DNA of 64,000 nt from Octopus vulgaris (lineage: Eukaryota): positions 8,866,001 to 8,930,000 of the forward strand of contig OX597826.1 in assembly GCA_951406725.2 (NCBI GenBank). Reading direction: 5' to 3'. Below are positions 56,505 to 64,000 of the stretch, piece after piece (the first letter of the stretch is position 1; every line of letters begins with the position of its first letter). The translations under genes were made by a program, and so were the position numbers. Under the pieces are notes generated by a model. The model was given only the letters and a program-made list of their open reading frames with translations. It made no database searches and was not told the origin of the DNA.

Positions 56505-56524
56505 CTATCTATCTTTCTATCTAT

Positions 56525-56582
<58 letters not shown>

Positions 56583-56590
56583 CTTTGTCC

Positions 56591-56654
<64 letters not shown>

Positions 56655-56791
56655 CTTTGTCCATCTGACTATTGATCTGTCCCTCAATCCCAATCTCTCT
56701 GTCTATCTATCTGTCTGTCTGTCTGTCTGTCTGCCTATCTATCTATTTATCTACCTACCTACCTACGTATCTATCTATCTGTCTATCTATG

Positions 56792-56841
<50 letters not shown>

Positions 56842-56910
56842 CCTACCTACCTACCTACCTACCTACCTACCTACCTACCTACCTACCAACTTACCTACGT
56901 ATCTATCTAT
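56505..56910. repeat. (CTAT)n/(CTAC)n/(CTGT)n microsatellite
   Basis: Directly visible. Confidence 0.96.
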
Positions 56911-57676
56911 CAAACTATGTATTTCTTTATCGATTTACTTATCAGTTTCTCGAACTGCTAATAAACCCAAGGCTCGTGGCTTAGAGGTCAGGGTCTTCGG
57001 ATCACGGTTGTGAGCTCGATTCCTGACGGTGTGTAGTGTCTTTGTCGCTCCAGTCCCCTCAACTAGTAAAAACGAGTAGTACCTGTAATTCAAACGGCCA
57101 GCCTTGTCACATCCTGTGTCACGCTGAATCTCCGTCGTTAAGGGTATACGTGTCTGTGGAGTGCTCAGTCACTTGGAAGCTAGTTTCACGTGCAGATTGT
57201 TCCGCTGATTGCAACAGATGGTGTACCAGTTCCTAACAAACCTAAATTAAATTCCTGTTCTCATATAATGCAGTTTGTGAAGCCGCTGTATGACTTGAGT
57301 TTTAACATAACAAAAGCCGCATATAGTTAAACTGAACAAACCACAAAAGACAAACTATTCATCATTTCATTAGCTATTTCGATATTGTCATCTGATAAAA
57401 TGATTTGGCGGATCTTTACTTTTTGACCGACAGATTTAAAAAATAATTTTTTGCAACTAAACACTTTCAGACTTCGGACACAGGTAGATTGTGTCATATA
57501 AAACATCTCAAGAATAATCAGCCGAAATTGCGAGGATTATCTGGTGCTTGACTGAGGAAAGAAAAACTTCGAATGACCCGTCCTTGTTTTCTTTGTATCG
57601 TTTTGGATGTTTTGTTGTCCCTTTTTGTATCGCCTAGCTGTCCAGATGTTTTGCGTTCTTGTCCCATTTTGTATTT

Positions 57677-57756
<80 letters not shown>

Positions 57757-57848
57757 ATATATATATATACAATATGTTACATTACTCGGTAGTCGAGGTC
57801 TCTTTCTTTCTTTTGTTATCTTACTGTTTTATCAATATATATAATATA

Positions 57849-58228
57849 CACTTGCGTCAGAAATTAATTAGCACTTCTCAAATTTCTACATTAAATAGGT
57901 TAAATCAATTAACCTATGAGCTGTTCAAAACGTCTTACGCGATGAGAAAACTTAGTATGGTGTGATTTCGGTCCTTGCGGGGCGCTACCTATATCTATTA
58001 AACAAAGGAAGATTTGTCTGCATCCGCACTCCAAGTTGTTGTTGCACTGCTATGTCAACATCATAATGCTGTAGACTCTCAAACTGCTCTGCAAACAAAG
58101 TTACGTCATCGTTCTGCGCAACAGTGAACTCGCAACAAAGCAATAGTTCGAGATATGGCCACTAGGTGACAGCACATACCTTGAGTGAAGAGCAAATCAA
58201 GGGTGCTAATTAATTTCTGACGGTAGTG
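57849..58228. mobile_element. Tc1/mariner-type MITE (380 bp)
   Basis: TIRs CACTTGCGTCAGAAATTAATTAGCAC / GTGCTAATTAATTTCTGACGGTAGTG; TA duplication. Confidence 0.85.
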
Positions 58229-58725
58229 TATATATATATATATGGCTGTTTGTTGACAACTTTTCCGCCTTATAAGAGCAATTTACCCGTTACACACATT
58301 CCGTATCGTATTTGTGGTCCTACTTCTCGATTGCCTAATTTACATAAACATAAAATCATAGCTCCGTCTACTAGTGGAGTCGTTGTGCACTCTCAGTAAT
58401 TAAATATTTCTCTTAGATCAGCTAAATTCGTACTGCTAGGTTTAATATGCGTCTTGTCTATGCGATCCACATATGAGTGTGTGTATACGAGTGTGTTTTG
58501 TGTGTGTATGTGAGTGTGAGTGTCTGCGTGCGTGTGCGCGTGCGCAGTTTTGTTAACCATTTTTACATTGTTTTCTTTCGAATCCTGCAGTCATTTTCTC
58601 TTCCATTAACACATGATGGAATTTCAGAATTCTCCAAGAATGTCCATCAAAGAGAAGCAAAACCAAATCAAAACAGACACCAATCTAATAAAATGCACGG
58701 ACTTAAGCCTGATTAGGATGTAAAA

Positions 58726-58748
58726 ATAACAACAACAACAACAACAAC

Positions 58749-58825
<77 letters not shown>

Positions 58826-58999
58826 TAATAATAATAATGATGATAATGATGACGACGATGATGATGATAATAGTAATTATTATTACTATTACATTACTAT
58901 CATTGTAGTAGTAGTAGTAGTAAGGGTGATAGTGGCGGCGGCGGAAGTAGTGACAATGATGGTAATAGTCGTCGTGGTAAAGGGAGTGTAGTGGTGGTG

Positions 59000-59067
<68 letters not shown>

Positions 59068-59128
59068 GGTGGTGGTAGTAGTAGTTGTAGATGTCGTAGT
59101 AGTAGTAGTGCTGGTGGTGGTGGTGGTG

Positions 59129-59160
<32 letters not shown>

Positions 59161-59173
59161 GCTGGTGGTGGTG

Positions 59174-59265
<92 letters not shown>

Positions 59266-59323
59266 GGTGGTGGTGGTGGTAGTGGCAGTAGTAGTAGTAG
59301 TAGTAGTGGTGGTGGTGGTAGTG

Positions 59324-59364
<41 letters not shown>

Positions 59365-59371
59365 GGTGGTG

Positions 59372-59427
<56 letters not shown>

Positions 59428-59456
59428 GGTGGTGGTGGTGGTGGTAGTAGTAGTAT

Positions 59457-59511
<55 letters not shown>

Positions 59512-59601
59512 GGTGGTGGTGGTGGTGGTGGTGGTGGTGGTGGTGGTGGTGGTGGTGGAGGTGGTCACGGTAGCAGTAGTAGTAGTAGTAGTAGTAGTAG
59601 T
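58726..59601. repeat. Trinucleotide tracts: (AAC)n(AAT)n(GAT)n then ~610 bp interleaved (GTA)n/(GTG)n
   Basis: Directly visible. Confidence 0.97.
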
Positions 59602-60396
59602 AAAAACAGTTGAAACAGATCAAAACAGTTTTGTTTTTATTTTAAAAAAAAGAGAAACAAAAGGCAAAACCCATCCAAGAGACGTTTGTATGGTTTGTTA
59701 TAACAATTAGCCATGAAACCATATTGCAAGATGGTGTTAATTTAGTTCTTGCTTTCATCATTTCCGCACTTTTGTGACGCGGCTATCTTGAAACGGTACT
59801 GCGCCGCCATTTACAACTCTGAAGACTAAGGAAGGGTGGGCTTGCATGGACAGGCAGTCTGTTGCCAATCTTTGGGGTTTGCTGGCTGGCTGGTTGGTTG
59901 GCTGGTCTTTTATTTTCATTCATTCATTTCGTTTATTATTTATTTTATTTTATTTTATTTTATTTCCTAAAATGCTTCAGACACAAGAAAAGAAACGGAG
60001 AAAAAGAAAAAAACGAAAGACAGAGATATAAGAGAAGAACGAAAAACGAAGAAAACGGTAAGAAAGGAAAATAAAAAAGAACGACTCTAAGACCTCTGGG
60101 AGGTCAGAGGTGTATCCTCCTGTCTCATCGCTAAAATAGAGGAGGAAAAAAAATCGGTTTAGGGGGTGGTTTTTCACCCAGTTTTTCATCTGTTTTTATA
60201 TTTTATATTTTATTCATTTATTTATTTATTTATTTGTTTATTATATTTGTTGTTGCTTTTCTCTTCTTTTTATTCTTGTTCCATTCCGTTCAATAAATCA
60301 TTAGATTTTCCTTCGGTTCAACTTAGGCTGAACTTAGTAGTCGCCACTAGTCTTCCGCTTATCCTCCTTCTCCCTCTCTCTCTCTCTTTAACTCCC

Positions 60397-60878
<482 letters not shown>

Positions 60879-61585
60879 GCCAAACTCGCTCTATTTCGTT
60901 TGAGTTCTCGACACATTAACTCTTACATTTTTTTACACACGTATTATCTACTTTTTTCCTTTTTACCCAAGCACACAAAATAACGCGCTCACATACACAC
61001 ATACACTACAGATTTCCACAACTCATATACGCAATCTCACACTGATTACCCCCTCCCCACACACACACACACACTCTCTGTACGTCTCACGCACACGCAC
61101 ACACACACACACAAGCACACACATCCTTGCTTTCACACTTCGTTGCATACATTCATTAACCTACTCATGCACACACACGCATATACTGGCTCTTACTCCG
61201 TAACGTATTTGTACTTTCATTATTACTACATTGTGTTACACAAATATACACTTGCACTCTCTTAAACTCTCCCTGTATCCCAAGAACACACACACACACT
61301 TTCTCTCTCTCACTCTTTCATTGTCTCTCTCTCTCTCCCTTACTGTGTTCTTCCCTTTATTTTTCTTTGTTCCCGCCAACCTCTCTCACAAACACAACAC
61401 GCTTTCTCATTTCTACTGTACACACGTAATCCGCGTCTCAGATGCATATGGCTGTACGTACGTATCTATGTATGTACGTACGTATGCATGCATGCAGAGA
61501 AACAGGGCGAGGCTGTTCTATATACATATATTTACTGGAAATAGGTTATTGTTTCACGATGAGTTAACAAATTGTATACTCCATT

Positions 61586-62392
61586 AGGGGCTTGCGTGGG
61601 TATGTGGTAAGAAACTTGTTTCCACACAACATGGTTCCGGGTTCAGTCCCACTGCCTCGCACCTTGGATAAGTGTCTTCTGTTATAGCCTCGGGCCGACC
61701 AAAGCCTTGTGGGTGAATTTGCTAGACGGAAACTGAAAAGAAGCCTGTCGATTATAAATATATATACTCCCTTTTACTTGTTTCAGTCATTTGACTGCGG
61801 CCATGCTGGGGCACCGCCTTTAGTCGAGAAAATCGACCCCAGTACTTATTCTTTGTAAGCCTAGTACTTAATCTATCGGTCTCTTTTTGCCGAACCGCTA
61901 ATTACGGGGACGTAAACACACCACCATCGGTTGTCAAGAGATGATGAGGGGGATACACAGACACAAACATATACACACACATACATATATACATACATAT
62001 ATACGACGGGCTTCTTTCAGTTTCCGTCTTCCAAATCCACTTACAAGGCTTTGGTCGGCACGAGGCTATAGTAGAAAACACTTGCCCAAGGTGCCACGCA
62101 GTGGGACTGAACCTGGAACCATTTGGTTGATAAGTAGCTTGCTTACTTACCACACAGCCACTCTTGCGCCTATATATGTGTATAAATTTATGTGTGTCTT
62201 TGTGTCTGTATTTATACCCCATCCACCATCGCTTGACAACCGATGTTGGTGTGTTTACTTCCCCATAACTTTGCGGTCCGATAGAATAAGTACTAGGCTT
62301 ACAAAGAATAAGTTCTGGAGGCGATTTCGTGGACTAAAACCCTTTAAGGTGTGCTCTAGCATGGCCGCGGTCAAATGACTGAAACAGGAAAA
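61586..62392. mobile_element. Nested SINE family A: - copy (61765-62172) inside a + copy (head 61586-61750, tail 62190-62392)
   Basis: Order and orientation of head and tail modules. Confidence 0.85.
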
Positions 62393-62537
62393 AGTAGTCG
62401 AAACTGCGAGGATGATCCGGTTCTTGACTGAAGATTAGAGGCTTCGAATGACCCGTCCGTTTTCGTATCGTCTATTTGAATGTTTTGCGTTCTTGTCCCA
62501 TTTTATATATTTTTATACATATATATATGTATATATT

Positions 62538-62746
62538 CGGCGAGCTGGCAGATACGTTAGTATGCCGGGCGAAATACGTAGCCGTATTTCGTCTGTCGTT
62601 ACGTTGTGAGTTCAAATTCCGCCGAGGTCGACTTTGCCTTTCATCGTTTCGGGGTCGATAAATAAAGTACCAGTTACGCACTGGGGGTCGATGTAATCGA
62701 CTTAATCCCTTTGTCTGTCCTTGTTTGTCCCCTCTATATTTAGCCC
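62538..62746 (+). mobile_element. SINE family B
   Basis: GGCGAGCTGGCAGA..GAGTTCAAATTCC..GTCGACTTTGCCTTTCATC..GGGGTCGATAAA; older copies at 63060-63180(-) and 63415-63535(+). Confidence 0.88.
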
Positions 62747-63813
62747 GTGACCTCGTGTGTACCGTTGGCGATTTTTTTTTCCTCTGTCTTCTCTTCTATG
62801 GATCTTTCCTTCTATGTTTTCGACGAAGAGCTCCGTTCAAAACGTTAAACCCTCCTTCTTTCCTGAGCGTCCAATAATACTATATTTGTTCCACGTCCTC
62901 GCGTTTTTTTTTTTGTGCTTTCTTGTTTGGATTAACTATATATATATATATATATATCGATAGAATTTTTAGCGAACGTTCTATTGTGATATTCGATTGT
63001 AAATGCCTTGTATTTATACATATTGCTTCCTGTGCTGGGATTTCTGTATTTGATTGTCACTTTATTTTATCGACTCTGGAACGATGAAAGGCATATTTCA
63101 CCTTGGTACGATTCGAACCCAGAACGTTAACATCCCAAAATATTGTACAGATACTCAACCGACTCCGCCAATTTACCGCCCTGTCCTCTTTAAAATTAAA
63201 TTTTAAGGTGATATATTGATTGAATTGATATTTTCTATGTGATGTATTGACTGAATCGTTAGAACAGCAGAGACATTGCTTCGGTATTAGTCTACAGTGT
63301 GTCGATATGAACAGACGACGTCATTCACCTTATACTTTAGCCTAGCCTCTTTACCTATGTCATAAGGGAAAGCTGTATGGATGAGAGACGTCATATACCT
63401 ATATCGAAGTATAGGTATCGCAGCAGACGATAAAGAAATACACTGAGGTATTTACTTTGACATTTTGCGTTTTGAGTTCACATACCATCAAGGTCTATTT
63501 TACTTTTCATCCTCCCGGGGTCGATAAAATAAAGTAAGCACTTTCCTACTATATAGACAGACATTTCCTTTTTTTTTTATAAAGGGTTAGTAAAATAATA
63601 AAATAAACTATTACAATGGTAAGACAGGCATAAAAGAAAGGAAAGAGCAAGGAATTTGGTAATTGTTTCCTTCTGAGAAAGAAGAATTCTATGTCCAAAA
63701 CATGCCCTTTAGCATTCAGATTATTCTGTCAAATGTAATACAGCTGTACCTCGGTTTACGAACGTCTCTGATCAAGAAGGAATCGTGCTTTATATATATC
63801 TATACCAAACAAA

Positions 63814-63856
63814 ACTGTCCGACGAACGGGAACGTGAAACTCCGAGTAACAACTTG
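63814..63856 (+). ncRNA. Hammerhead motif (U4C core)
   Basis: TGT-CCGACGA-ACG-GGAA-CGT-GAAA-CTC-C-GAG-TA/ACA. Confidence 0.65.
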
Positions 63857-63954
63857 TGTTAAATTTCTGATGCTTTTAAATAAAGCATACTACTCTGCCT
63901 CTGGTATTTGAGTACTCTTTTTTCCACCTTGTTTCACATTTATGTGTTTACTCC

Positions 63955-63994
<40 letters not shown>

Positions 63995-64000
63995 GCAGTA

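Overview
AT-rich, extremely microsatellite- and repeat-dense eukaryotic genomic DNA. The SINE families and (AT)n/(GATA)n/(AAT)n load suggest an octopus (coleoid cephalopod) genome; this is inferred from recall, not a database search. No intact host gene is evident; nearly all ORF-track entries are microsatellite or SINE artefacts, and one short candidate exon lies at ~3.3 kb. Recognisable elements: several tRNA-headed SINE families with shuffled modules, two copies of one DD34D mariner, an older mariner, a DD41D-like relic, MITEs, two Helentron/HINE-like elements, R4/Dong-type fragments in (AAT)n, and a 5'-truncated RTE LINE whose RT carries an inserted PHD-type finger. The main observation is a set of unrelated short non-coding elements, mostly in or beside (TA)n tracts, each carrying a type I hammerhead ribozyme (5 with canonical cores, several core variants). 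Several show 361-555 bp monomers with terminal redundancy and 5' inversions, as expected for Penelope-mobilised, retrozyme-like elements copied from multimeric or circular RNA. All folds and coordinates were read by eye.
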